Source of the DNA: Thermodesulfobacteriota bacterium
Lineage (GTDB): Bacteria > Desulfobacterota_D > UBA1144 > Nemesobacterales > Nemesobacteraceae
NCBI GenBank assembly: GCA_965202785.1
Contig: OZ241855.1
Coordinates: 754,633-818,632 of the forward strand
Reading direction: 5' to 3'
Length of the DNA: 64,000 nt
The notes under the pieces are model-generated. The model did no database searches, was not told where the DNA came from, and worked only from the letters and a program-made list of their open reading frames with translations. Position numbers and translations under genes: made by a program. Below are positions 1 to 9,081 of this stretch, in pieces. Within the stretch, counting starts at the first letter, position 1; every line of letters starts with the position of its first letter.

Positions 1-403
1 CCCTTTCGCGTTTTCGAGCCTGGCTTTTGAAGCCTGGGACACCCTCGAGAGCGGAATCCCGCTTACCGAGGGACATTTCTTCAAAAAGGACATAGCGAAG
101 GAAATTGCCAGCTTCAGGGAATGCAGCGGTGATATTTCTCCCCACTTCATGGAGCTTCACAAGAAAATCTTTGCCGACGGAGCCCTCAGCAAAAAAATGA
201 AAAGAGGCATAATAGGTCTTGCCTGCGCCCACGCGACTAAATGCCCTTATTGCATAAGGGGAACAGTGAAGGACGCGCATACCGACGGAGTGACTGCGGA
301 GCAGATGGCTGAGGCCATAAACGTTGCCATGGTCATGACTGCCGGTTCCTGTTACGCTCACACCAGCATTGCCATGGATACGCTTAAGAGTCTCGAGAAG
401 TAG
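1..403 (+). CDS. AhpD-like / carboxymuconolactone decarboxylase family protein (5' partial, open to the window edge)
   Basis: The reading frame is open from position 2. It has the CxxC-type AhpD-like core (ACAHATKCPYCIRGTVKDAHTDG). A strong terminator follows. Confidence 0.55.
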   Translation, partial: PFAFSSLAFEAWDTLESGIPLTEGHFFKKDIAKEIASFRECSGDISPHFMELHKKIFADGALSKKMKRGIIGLACAHATKCPYCIRGTVKDAHTDGVTAEQMAEAINVAMVMTAGSCYAHTSIAMDTLKSLEK

Positions 404-436
404 TTTTAACGGTTTTTTTGAAAATCTTCCTTATGT

Positions 437-476
437 GCCCTGAATGTTTCACGTGAAACATTCAGGGCTTTTTTTT
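437..476 (+). terminator. Rho-independent terminator: perfect 32-bp palindrome followed by a T8 run
   Basis: gccctgaatgtttcacgtgaaacattcagggc followed by tttttttt. The core palindrome recurs at 1932-1951. Confidence 0.8.
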
Positions 477-525
477 AGCTTTTTTCCTCTGACCGAATAC
501 GGCTTTATATGGTAGATTCTCTTTC

Positions 526-1920
526 ATGTCGTCACTTGTGCCCGAGCGCGAAAGCACCATAGCAGCCATTTCCACCCCGACTGGAGAGGGAGGAGTTGCC
601 GTAATCCGCATAAGCGGCGGTGAATCTCACTCGATTGCGAGAAAGATCTTCGTTCCCGCAGGGAAATCGGGTTTTTCCGAGAGAAAACTCTGTTTCGGGA
701 AGATAATCAACCCCGAAACAGGCGGGACGGTGGATGAAGTCCTGTGCGTTCTCATGAGTTCCCCCGATACCTATACGGGGGAGGACATAGCCGAGATACA
801 TTCTCACGGGGGACATATGGTTCCCCGGAAGATACTTGAAATTCTGATCGGCCTCGGGGCGACCCTCGCCGCCCCGGGCGAGTTTACCCAGAGGGCGTTT
901 CTTAACGGAAAAATGGACTTGGCGCAGGCCGAAGCGGTTTCCGACATTATAAGCGCCCAGACCGAACAGAGCCTCCGGTACGCCGAGGCTCAGCTTGAAG
1001 GCACCCTTTCGGGCAAGGTTAACGAACTTAAGGATCAAATTCTTGACGTTCTGGCGGAAATAGAGGCGAATCTCGATTTTCCTGAGGAAGATATAGATCC
1101 CATTGCGAAAAACCGCCTGAAGGAAGCGTCCGGATCCGTGGAAAAAGAACTTTCGGCACTCATCGATAGCTACGACACGGGCAGAATGTTCAGGGACGGG
1201 GTGACGATGGTAATACTGGGTAAGCCTAATGTCGGGAAATCGAGCATACTTAACTGCCTGCTTGAGACTCAGAGGGCTATAGTGAGCCCGATAGCCGGAA
1301 CCACCAGGGATTTTATCGAAGAGAAAATAAATGTCGGGGGAATTCCCCTCGTTATAACGGATACGGCCGGCATAAGGGATACGGAGGACCGGATAGAAAA
1401 GCTAGGGGTGGAATTTTCCCTGAAAAAAGCCGAGGAATCCGAGTTCGTGCTCGTCGTTTTGGACCAGAGCACGGAACTTGATGCCCTGGACAGGAAAATC
1501 CTCAAAACCGCCGCCAAAAAGAAGCATCTTGTCGTAATCAACAAGATGGACCTTGAAGAAAAACTAGAAAGATCGAAACTGCGACGGATTCTTGGGCGAA
1601 AAAAGCCGGTTGAAACCTCGGCACTTGCGAAAGAGGGGATAGTGCGGCTCAGGCAGACCATGTTTGAGACCCTTGTGGGCTCGCCTCGTGCCTCAGATGC
1701 CTCGGAACTGGTGCTTACAAATCTTCGCCACAAAAAATCCATGGAGAAAGCCCGCGACCAGCTGCACATGTTCCTTGAGCTTCTTGAGCGGAACGAGTAT
1801 CCAGAGATCCTCTCGATAGAGTTGCGAAACTCAATGAATTCGCTCGGCGAGATTACGGGAGAAGTGACCACGGAAGATCTTCTGGGCAGAATTTTCTCCA
1901 GGTTCTGCATTGGGAAGTAG
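526..1920 (+). CDS. mnmE: tRNA modification GTPase MnmE (TrmE)
   Basis: G1 motif GKPNVGKSS, TDTAGIR, C-terminal CIGK motif, 464 aa. Confidence 0.93.
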   Translation: MSSLVPERESTIAAISTPTGEGGVAVIRISGGESHSIARKIFVPAGKSGFSERKLCFGKIINPETGGTVDEVLCVLMSSPDTYTGEDIAEIHSHGGHMVPRKILEILIGLGATLAAPGEFTQRAFLNGKMDLAQAEAVSDIISAQTEQSLRYAEAQLEGTLSGKVNELKDQILDVLAEIEANLDFPEEDIDPIAKNRLKEASGSVEKELSALIDSYDTGRMFRDGVTMVILGKPNVGKSSILNCLLETQRAIVSPIAGTTRDFIEEKINVGGIPLVITDTAGIRDTEDRIEKLGVEFSLKKAEESEFVLVVLDQSTELDALDRKILKTAAKKKHLVVINKMDLEEKLERSKLRRILGRKKPVETSALAKEGIVRLRQTMFETLVGSPRASDASELVLTNLRHKKSMEKARDQLHMFLELLERNEYPEILSIELRNSMNSLGEITGEVTTEDLLGRIFSRFCIGK

Positions 1921-1931
1921 AAGCGGGGCGG

Positions 1932-1981
1932 AATGTTTCACGTGAAACATTGGGGAATTACCAAGTTAAGCCGGTAATTCC
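1932..1981 (+). repeat. Second copy of the 20-bp palindrome AATGTTTCACGTGAAACATT, followed by a 9-bp-stem hairpin (ggaattacc...ggtaattcc) that may terminate mnmE
   Basis: The palindrome is identical to the core of the terminator at 437-468. The hairpin at 1954-1981 is followed by CTTTGT. Confidence 0.5.
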
Positions 1982-2007
1982 CTTTGTATACACAGAGGAG
2001 ATGAATA

Positions 2008-2565
2008 ATGAAGAAATTTAGTCTTGTTTTCATGGTTTTTGTTTTAGCGATATTTCTTGCTTGCGATGATAACGATAGTGACACTATGGAGATGGAGTCG
2101 GAACCGACATCAGTGCCGATGAAAGGGTTTTTCGCCAGCATTGATGAAAACAACATGAACGACTGTCAAAGTGAAGACCTGACTCTGATGGTGGAAGATG
2201 AGTTGGTCATTGGCAGTAGCAACGTTACGGCACTAGGTGCGGGCGAAGCATTTGATGAAGCGGTATTCGGATATATAGGTATAAAGACGGAAAGCCATAT
2301 AGCTGCTTCTTATGTAACGTCAACAAGGGAAGGCAGTCTTGTCAATCCCGGCGTTCTTTACCTAAGGAAGAAAGGGGATATATACGTTGGATTCTGGGGT
2401 GGCGAAGCTACACGCCCAGAAGGCAATCCATCCGTTGTTTGTCCTTACATAATGGTTCCGGCAGGTATGGCGGAAGAAGATGGTTGTGAAGCGGAAGCGT
2501 ATTCTGAATATCTCAAGAACGAAGATGGTTTATTAAAGACTTGTACCGCAGCACCAAACAATTAA
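2008..2565 (+). CDS. Hypothetical lipoprotein in an AT-rich segment
   Basis: N-terminal signal peptide with lipobox (LAIFLACDD), acidic mature part. Local GC is clearly below its surroundings, and a 470-bp AT-rich non-coding stretch follows. Confidence 0.5.
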   Translation: MKKFSLVFMVFVLAIFLACDDNDSDTMEMESEPTSVPMKGFFASIDENNMNDCQSEDLTLMVEDELVIGSSNVTALGAGEAFDEAVFGYIGIKTESHIAASYVTSTREGSLVNPGVLYLRKKGDIYVGFWGGEATRPEGNPSVVCPYIMVPAGMAEEDGCEAEAYSEYLKNEDGLLKTCTAAPNN

Positions 2566-3038
2566 TGCACAAAAAGATTTCGTCAACTTAATTTGGTAAG
2601 TCCCAAACATTTCACAGGGCACTCGGCGAAATGAGTTAGAGGAATCGGACTGTTTGGAAGATTATTCAGTTATTTAAGGTAGTTAGAATACAGTCTGCGG
2701 AGTTCTGAGAATCCATTCACAATCTATCGACAAGAAAAAGTGTTTCATATCAGTGAATTAAGAAACTCCAAACGAATTTTTAATAATTTGTTAACAGCTC
2801 AAAAATTCTCTGAGAATTTTTCGTGCGGACACGCTTCTTTGCCCGCCTCGGGGATAACGTTTTTTCTCTTCGCCCGGTTAAAATTCCTGCCCGTTTGCGA
2901 CAACGGTTCCGCGGTCGGCCGGATTTGGTCAAGGATGTTTGAGAGGTATTTTTAATTTCTTAAATAATCTTTTGTTTTCAGCGGGTTAACTGTTGACCAG
3001 TTTTTTATACCGTGTAACCTAACTCGCCGGGTGAATTT

Positions 3039-5453
3039 ATGATTTTTCCTCTTGGATGGCTTACCGACTACCTCAAAATTGACGTTTCTCCAGAAGAACT
3101 GGGAGAAATGCTCACCATGGCAGGCCTGGAGCTTGAAGCCCTTGAAGACAAGGGCAAGGCTCTTGCCGATGTCTGTGTCGCCCAGATAAGCAGCATCGAA
3201 AAGCATCCGAATGCCGACAGGCTGAGTGTCTGCGAGATTACGGACGGAGAAACCCGCTACACGGTTGTCTGCGGTGCGGACAACATGAAAAAAGGGGATA
3301 AGGTCGCTTTTGCCAAGGCCGGAACCGTTCTTCCCGCTACCCCGAAGTTTCCGGAAGGCCTCCAGATAAAATCCTCCAAGATCCGCGGAGAGAATTCCGA
3401 GGGGATGCTGTGTTCTGCGGATGAAATGGGTCTCTCGGGCGACGAAGACGGGATAATGATTCTTTCCCCCAAGGCCGAGCTTGGAACCAGCATGAACGAG
3501 CAGATCGGTTACGACGGCGTTATCTTCGAGGTAGGGATTACCCCTAACCGTCCTGACTGCATGAGTATTTTCGGGATCGCCAGAGAAGTCTCGGCAATAC
3601 TGGGTGAGAATCTTCAGAAACCGGTTTTCTCCGTAAAAGAGCAGGGGGAAAACATTTCGGAAAAGGCCGCTGTAGTTGTTGAGGATGCGGAATCATGCCC
3701 CAGATACTGCTGCCGCCTCGTTGAAGGAGTCAGAATCGGTCCTTCTCCCGCGTGGCTTCAGGAGAGGCTTGAGTACTGCGGAATCCGTTCAGTTAACAAT
3801 GTTGTTGACGTTACGAACTTCGTTTTGCTTGAGCAGGGACAGCCTCTTCACGCTTTTGATTACGACAAGCTTGATCAAGGCCAGATCTCCGTCAGAAAAG
3901 CCAGGGACGGGGAAACGATAGAAACGCTAGACGGGGTCGAAAGAAAACTGCTCGTTGATGACCTGGTTGTCTGCAGCGGGGACCATCCCGTCGCACTTGC
4001 CGGGGTCATGGGTGGATCCGGCACCGAAATAGAGGATGCGACGAGCAATGTTCTGCTTGAAGCCGCCTACTTTTCTCCCGTGGGAACAAGGAAAACGTCC
4101 AAACGAACTGGTCTCAAGAGCGAATCTTCGAGCAGGTTTGAAAAAGGCATAGATATAAACAACGTTTCGTTTGCGCTTGACCGCGCCGCCGAGCTTATAA
4201 GCCGCTTATCCGGAGGAACAGTCGCCAAGGGGATTATCGACGTGTATCCCGAACCTGTTAGCCCGAGGGAGATCTCCATGTCAGTCGACAAGGTCTGCAA
4301 TCTGGTCGGAATATCCACCGATTCCCAGGAGATAGCGGAACTTCTCGAGAGTCTTGGGTTTGAGGTTCTAAGCATCTCGGCCGGGGAGCTTTTGCTTCGG
4401 GCTCCGACTTTCAGGGTGGATATAGAGCGCGAGGTGGATATAGTCGAGGAAGTCGCCCGTCTTCTGGGTTATGACAACATTCCCTCCGTCCTGCCGGAGG
4501 TTCCTATGGTAGCCAGGAAAACCAACGTGATAACCGTTATGGAGAAAAGGCTCAGGGACATTTTCGTCTCCTACGGTTTTCTTGAGGCTATAAACTACAG
4601 TTTCGAGTCTCCTGAACTTCTCAGGACGTTCGGCTTCGAGGAGTCGATCCGCATTATGAACCCGATATCACGGGAGCTTTCGGAGATGAGGATGAGCCTT
4701 CTTCCCTCGCTGGTGAAAAACGTGAGGCTCAACCTCTCAAGACAGAATCAGGACGTAAGACTTTTCGAGTCCGCGAAGGTTTTTTACCCCAAGGACATGG
4801 ACCAGCTGCCGAACGAAGTGAAGAAATTCGCGGCGATTGCCACCGGAAAAAGGGCGCCCGAGATATGGGACGGGGAGAAATTCGACTTCTTCGACATAAA
4901 AAGCGTGCTTGAAAGAAGCCTGGAGGTACTTTCGGTGGATTCAAGGATAGAGTTTGAGTCCGTTTCCCCCGATCATGGATTCCTTTGGCCCGGAAAATCT
5001 TCCGCCGTGCTGGTTGACGGAAACGTTCTTGGGATGGTAGGGGAGCTTCATCCGCATCTTCTGGAGAAGCTCGAGATAAGCGAAAGCGTGTACGTGCTTG
5101 AACTCGATCTGTCACTTCTCTCGGTCGTCTACACGAGTTTCGAGAGGAAATTCTCCCCGCTTCCCAAATTTCCTTCTCTTCGTCGCGACATAGCGCTTGT
5201 GGTCGATGATGCGGTTCCGGTACGGGAAATTCTTTCGGTTATAAAAAAGGCGGATTCCGGTATAATAGAAAACGCTTGGGTGTTTGACGTTTACAAGGGA
5301 GATTCCCTTGAGGAAGGAAAAAAGAGTGTCGCGCTTTCCCTGATTCTTCGAAACAGGGAAAGGACCCTTACCGACGAGGATGCAAACAGGGTTCAACAGG
5401 ATGTTCTTAAGAGTTTGGAAAAAACGATAGGGGCCGAATTGCGTTCGATTTAA
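3039..5453 (+). CDS. pheT: Phenylalanine--tRNA ligase beta subunit
   Basis: 804 aa, N-terminus MIFPLGWLTDYL, and tRNA-binding, B3/B4 and B5 regions recognisable. No pheS lies immediately upstream. Confidence 0.92.
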   Translation: MIFPLGWLTDYLKIDVSPEELGEMLTMAGLELEALEDKGKALADVCVAQISSIEKHPNADRLSVCEITDGETRYTVVCGADNMKKGDKVAFAKAGTVLPATPKFPEGLQIKSSKIRGENSEGMLCSADEMGLSGDEDGIMILSPKAELGTSMNEQIGYDGVIFEVGITPNRPDCMSIFGIAREVSAILGENLQKPVFSVKEQGENISEKAAVVVEDAESCPRYCCRLVEGVRIGPSPAWLQERLEYCGIRSVNNVVDVTNFVLLEQGQPLHAFDYDKLDQGQISVRKARDGETIETLDGVERKLLVDDLVVCSGDHPVALAGVMGGSGTEIEDATSNVLLEAAYFSPVGTRKTSKRTGLKSESSSRFEKGIDINNVSFALDRAAELISRLSGGTVAKGIIDVYPEPVSPREISMSVDKVCNLVGISTDSQEIAELLESLGFEVLSISAGELLLRAPTFRVDIEREVDIVEEVARLLGYDNIPSVLPEVPMVARKTNVITVMEKRLRDIFVSYGFLEAINYSFESPELLRTFGFEESIRIMNPISRELSEMRMSLLPSLVKNVRLNLSRQNQDVRLFESAKVFYPKDMDQLPNEVKKFAAIATGKRAPEIWDGEKFDFFDIKSVLERSLEVLSVDSRIEFESVSPDHGFLWPGKSSAVLVDGNVLGMVGELHPHLLEKLEISESVYVLELDLSLLSVVYTSFERKFSPLPKFPSLRRDIALVVDDAVPVREILSVIKKADSGIIENAWVFDVYKGDSLEEGKKSVALSLILRNRERTLTDEDANRVQQDVLKSLEKTIGAELRSI

Positions 5454-5468
5454 AAAGGGGGGCTTTTC

Positions 5469-5756
5469 ATGACAAAGAAGGATCTGGCAGGCGTTTTGTA
5501 CGAGGAAATAGGGTTTTCGAGAAGGGAATCCGCTGAGATAGTAAACTTTTTTTTCGACTTGATGAGAGAGAAGCTTATAGCCGGTGAAGAGGTTAAACTC
5601 CCGGGGTTCGGAACCTTCAGGGTCACGAGAAGGAAGTCCCGGATAGGAAGAAATCCTTCCACTGGAGAGGAAGTAGACATACCTTCCCGCCTCACGGTCG
5701 TTTTCAAGCCGAGCAGGTTTCTCAGGAAAAAGATTGACCAGAAACGGGGGGATTAA
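5469..5756 (+). CDS. ihfA: Integration host factor alpha / HU-family DNA-binding protein
   Basis: GFGTFRVTRRKSRIGRNPSTGEEVDIP arm motif. It sits directly after pheT, as ihfA does in many proteobacteria. Confidence 0.7.
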   Translation: MTKKDLAGVLYEEIGFSRRESAEIVNFFFDLMREKLIAGEEVKLPGFGTFRVTRRKSRIGRNPSTGEEVDIPSRLTVVFKPSRFLRKKIDQKRGD

Positions 5757-6435
5757 AATACCGGACTCAAAAACGCCCCAATCTTCTTTTTTCAAGCAGA
5801 GCTTCATTGCCGGCATCCTGATTATCGTCCCTTTCGGGGTGACTATTTTTGTTCTCTACAAGCTGATAAAGTGGATGCTTTTCTTTTTCAGCACAGGCCC
5901 CGCCGGGATACTCCGCCACTTCATAGACGTTCCGCCTTACGTGTTTCAGGGGCTCTCTTTCGTCATAGGGATCCTGGCCACGCTGCTGCTGATCATTTTC
6001 CTGGGAGCCGTTACCAGGAACTTCGTTGGCAGAAGGATGCTTCTGTTCGGCGAGTCTCTTATCTCGAAGATTCCGCTTGCGAGAACTTTCTACGTGAGCG
6101 TGAAGCAGGTCGTGCAGACGCTTTTTTTCACCTCCCAGATGCAGAGCATGAGTAGGGTAGTGATGGTTGAATACCCGAGAAAAGGGATTCATGCCATAGC
6201 TTTCGTGACGGGAGTTACGGAGCCAAGGAGGGGCCATAACACGACGGACAATAAGCTTGTCAGCCTGTTTGTCCCCACGACGCCGAATCCGACAAGCGGC
6301 ATTTACATTATGGTTCCGGAAGAAGATCTGCAGGAGCTGGATATTTCCGTAGAAGATGCGTTTCGGCTTATAGTTTCCGCCGGGATATCTCAAAGCGACT
6401 CCGATGTTTCTGGGCAAGATAAGAAAAACGGTTGA
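5734..6435 (+). CDS. DUF502-family membrane protein (start codon uncertain, possibly TTG)
   Basis: Two N-terminal TM helices followed by a conserved DUF502-like core. There is no ATG near the beginning of the frame. Confidence 0.55.
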   Translation: MTRNGGIKIPDSKTPQSSFFKQSFIAGILIIVPFGVTIFVLYKLIKWMLFFFSTGPAGILRHFIDVPPYVFQGLSFVIGILATLLLIIFLGAVTRNFVGRRMLLFGESLISKIPLARTFYVSVKQVVQTLFFTSQMQSMSRVVMVEYPRKGIHAIAFVTGVTEPRRGHNTTDNKLVSLFVPTTPNPTSGIYIMVPEEDLQELDISVEDAFRLIVSAGISQSDSDVSGQDKKNG

Positions 6436-7819
6436 TTCCTTCGGGATGATCGCTCCTGGGGACGTGATCGTCGCGGGAGTATCCGGTGGGTCAGACTCCA
6501 TGGCGCTTCTCTTTGCTCTTTGGGACCTGCGGGAGTTTTATCCGGGCACAGATGTGATCGTTTCCCACGTCAATCACGGGTTAAGGGGTGCCGAGTCGGA
6601 TGAAGACGCCGAATTCGTCAGGGAAGCGGCCCGGCGGCTCGGCTTTCCGTTTGAGTGCGTGCGGGTAGACACGGAGGGCTTCAGAAAAAAACACGGACTC
6701 TCACTCGAGGATGCCGCCAGGGAGCTTCGCTACGGCTTTTTCAGCGATATTCTGACGAAACATTCCGCCCAGAGGATCGCCACGGCGCACACGCTTAACG
6801 ATCAGGCGGAGACGGTCATAATGAGACTTATAAGGGGAAGCGGTTCCCAGGGGCTTGCCGGCATAAGACCGTCGGTCGGCAACATAATACGTCCGCTCAT
6901 AAACGTCGCCAAGCATGAAGTCCTCGAGTACCTCCGGTCAAAAGGAGAGTCCTGGAGGGAGGATTCGACCAACAGTTCGGATGAATTTCTGAGAAACAGG
7001 GTAAGAAACGAACTTATTCCCCTGCTTGAGAGCTATAATCCGGCCGTCGAGCAGGTTCTCTCCCGCGTGGCGGCGGTCTGTGCCACGGAGGCGGATTTCA
7101 TTTCGGCCGAAGCCGAGAAAAGATTCGGGAAAATTGCCCGCGTCGTGGCGGGAGGCGTGCTGGGAGACGCGGAAGAACTTCTTCGCGAGCCCGCGGCGAT
7201 CAGGTTTTCGGTGATGAGAAAATCTATTCTGGCCGCAAAAGGAGACCTGAACTCGGTTTCCGCCAAGCATCTTTTCTCGATTGACGAGGTGCTGCGCTCC
7301 GAGGAGTCCTCTTCGGAGATAAACCTTCCCGGTCGAGTCGTTTTTCATGTGGGACACGGGGTTTTCTTTTTTGTGCGCGAGGAGAAGCTTCGCGAGTTCC
7401 CGCGAACCGAGATAAAAACCCACGGGACTCACACAATCTCCCGGGATCTTGAGGTCACTGTTGAGCTTACGGATGACGCCTCCCTCTGGGGCGCGGCCGA
7501 CGTCGGATACTTCACGCCCGAGAAAGTCGGTTTTCCTGTAACGCTCAGAAGCTTTTCCGAAGGAGACAGGTTCGTTCCGCTCGGAATGAAGGGGGCCAAG
7601 AAGCTCAAGGATTTTTTCATTGACGAGAAAATCCCGAGATTTCTTAGGAAAAAAGTGCCGGTTTTCGAAACCCGAGACGGAATAATCTGGGTGGGAGGGT
7701 TAAGAACAGACAACAGGTTCAAGGCGGATAAGAGGAAAGGACCGTGGCTCAGGATAAGGATTTGCGGCTCTTCGCAGAAGCTGCTTGACCTTGCGATAAA
7801 AAGTTCCTGGGAGTCCTAG
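6404..7819 (+). CDS. tilS: tRNA(Ile)-lysidine synthetase
   Basis: PP-loop SGGSDS motif near the N-terminus (VIVAGVSGGSDSMALL), 471 aa. Confidence 0.88.
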   Translation: MFLGKIRKTVDSFGMIAPGDVIVAGVSGGSDSMALLFALWDLREFYPGTDVIVSHVNHGLRGAESDEDAEFVREAARRLGFPFECVRVDTEGFRKKHGLSLEDAARELRYGFFSDILTKHSAQRIATAHTLNDQAETVIMRLIRGSGSQGLAGIRPSVGNIIRPLINVAKHEVLEYLRSKGESWREDSTNSSDEFLRNRVRNELIPLLESYNPAVEQVLSRVAAVCATEADFISAEAEKRFGKIARVVAGGVLGDAEELLREPAAIRFSVMRKSILAAKGDLNSVSAKHLFSIDEVLRSEESSSEINLPGRVVFHVGHGVFFFVREEKLREFPRTEIKTHGTHTISRDLEVTVELTDDASLWGAADVGYFTPEKVGFPVTLRSFSEGDRFVPLGMKGAKKLKDFFIDEKIPRFLRKKVPVFETRDGIIWVGGLRTDNRFKADKRKGPWLRIRICGSSQKLLDLAIKSSWES

Positions 7820-7824
7820 CATAG

Positions 7825-7860
7825 CAATAGAAATGTATTAAATTCCATACATTTCTATTG
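7825..7860 (+). promoter_or_regulatory. Perfect inverted repeat (14-bp arms, 8-bp spacer) overlapping the -35 of the toxin-antitoxin promoter; candidate operator
   Basis: caatagaaatgtat-taaattcc-atacatttctattg. No T-run follows, so it is not a classical terminator. Confidence 0.45.
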
Positions 7861-7886
7861 ACAAAAAAACAAACATCTTTATATTT
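7858..7886 (+). promoter_or_regulatory. Sigma70-like promoter TTGACA-N17-TATATT for the HTH-Panacea/toxin operon
   Basis: TTGACA at 7858-7863 and TATATT at 7880-7885, located about 85 bp upstream of the ATG at 7968. Confidence 0.45.
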
Positions 7887-7967
7887 GTATATTGTTGCCG
7901 TCTAAGAAACTGGCATTGCTTACATTTTTTGTTGTAATCATTGATTTTATCGTGGGGTGACTAAAGA

Positions 7968-8747
7968 ATGCTTGGAAATTTCATACGTGAACAACGGAAA
8001 AAGCGCCGTATTGGGCAGGGAGAGCTTGCTTCAGAACTCGGTGTATCTCGTGCCACTTACGTGCAGATTGAGCTTGGAAAGCGTGAGCTTAAGGTAAGTG
8101 AAGCCAGAAAACTCGCTGAAGTTTTTGACATGTCTCTTGAGGATTTTCTTAATGAGGAAGAACAGCCGTCTCCAGATATTGAGATTAAAAAATCAGGGAA
8201 GAAAAAACCAGCTAAAAAACACAATATCCGTATCAGCGTTCCTCAGGAAAAAGCAGAGAAGTTCAAACAGGTTCTTTTGTATGTTCTGGCTCAAATAGGT
8301 GCCCAACCAAATATAGGCCAGACAGTGCTCTATAAGATTCTCTATTTTATTGACTTTGATTACTATGAAAAATACGAGGAGCAACTAATCGGTGCGAAGT
8401 ATATTAAAAATACTTATGGACCTAGCCCTGTAATGTTCGCCAAAATCATTGAAGAACTTGAGGAAGAAAACAAAATCAAAGAAGTAAAAGCCAAGTTCCA
8501 CAACTATGACCAAGTGAAATACTTAGTCAATTCAAGGGAACTGGATCTATCGTCTCTTTCATCCAAAGAACTTGAACATATCAACTGGGAAATACGGAGG
8601 TTAGGCCATATGACTGCTACGCAAATCAGCGAATTGTCGCATCTTGATACTCCTTGGATTGCGGCCGAAGACAAGGAGCACCTTGAGTATGAACATGTGT
8701 TCTACCGTCCTGGACTGACTTCCGTCAGAGAATATGAAGAACTTTAA
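7968..8747 (+). CDS. XRE-family HTH fused to a Panacea (DUF4065)-like domain; putative PanA-type antitoxin
   Basis: N-terminal HTH (QGELASELGVSRATYVQIELGKRE), a Lys-rich linker, then a C-terminal region with LYKILYFIDFDYYEKY...YGPSPVMF resembling DUF4065. Its 3' end overlaps the downstream toxin gene by 14 nt. Confidence 0.6.
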   Translation: MLGNFIREQRKKRRIGQGELASELGVSRATYVQIELGKRELKVSEARKLAEVFDMSLEDFLNEEEQPSPDIEIKKSGKKKPAKKHNIRISVPQEKAEKFKQVLLYVLAQIGAQPNIGQTVLYKILYFIDFDYYEKYEEQLIGAKYIKNTYGPSPVMFAKIIEELEEENKIKEVKAKFHNYDQVKYLVNSRELDLSSLSSKELEHINWEIRRLGHMTATQISELSHLDTPWIAAEDKEHLEYEHVFYRPGLTSVREYEEL

Positions 8748-9081
8748 TTCCCTGCCTGAATTCAAGGGGGAATTAAAAAAACTCTCTAAAAAATACGGCA
8801 CTCTTGACAGCGATTTAGAGACATTCAAACAGGTTCTTTCAAGTTCTCCTGGTGGTTTCGGAAAGAATTTTGCAGTTATCCATTCAACTGAAGTTGTCAA
8901 AATAATAAAAGCGCGTATGGCGTGTCGCTCTCTTCGCAACAGATCTCTTCGAATTATTTACGCATATGTTGAACACGAAGAGAAGATTGAATTCATTGAA
9001 ATCTATTACAAGGGAAATAAAAAAAACGAAGACTTTAGCAGGATTAAGGGCTACTTAAAATCAGTTGCCGGGCCTGATTAA
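8734..9081 (+). CDS. RelE/ParE-superfamily toxin-like protein
   Basis: C-terminal RSLRIIYAYVEHEEKIEFIEIYYKGNKKNED matches the RelE/ParE YRIIY...V.IL.IGHRKD pattern. It is 115 aa and translationally coupled to the upstream HTH gene. Confidence 0.55.
   Translation: MKNFNSLPEFKGELKKLSKKYGTLDSDLETFKQVLSSSPGGFGKNFAVIHSTEVVKIIKARMACRSLRNRSLRIIYAYVEHEEKIEFIEIYYKGNKKNEDFSRIKGYLKSVAGPD

Noticed and set aside
532-1910. Long antisense ORFs (532-1038 and 1269-1910, minus strand) inside mnmE. Similar antisense ORFs lie inside pheT, smc, secA (21253-22527, 424 aa), oadA (43750-45387, 545 aa), kefB, the carboxylase genes and the Liv binding-protein genes (59282-60301).
   Set aside because: They lie entirely within strongly supported sense-strand genes, have low-complexity Ser/Arg/Pro-rich translations typical of GC-rich antisense frames, and lack recognisable motifs or ribosome-binding sites.
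5112-5816. 234-aa minus-strand ORF spanning the pheT end, ihfA and the DUF502 start.
   Set aside because: It overlaps three well-supported plus-strand genes and has no motif. It is spurious.
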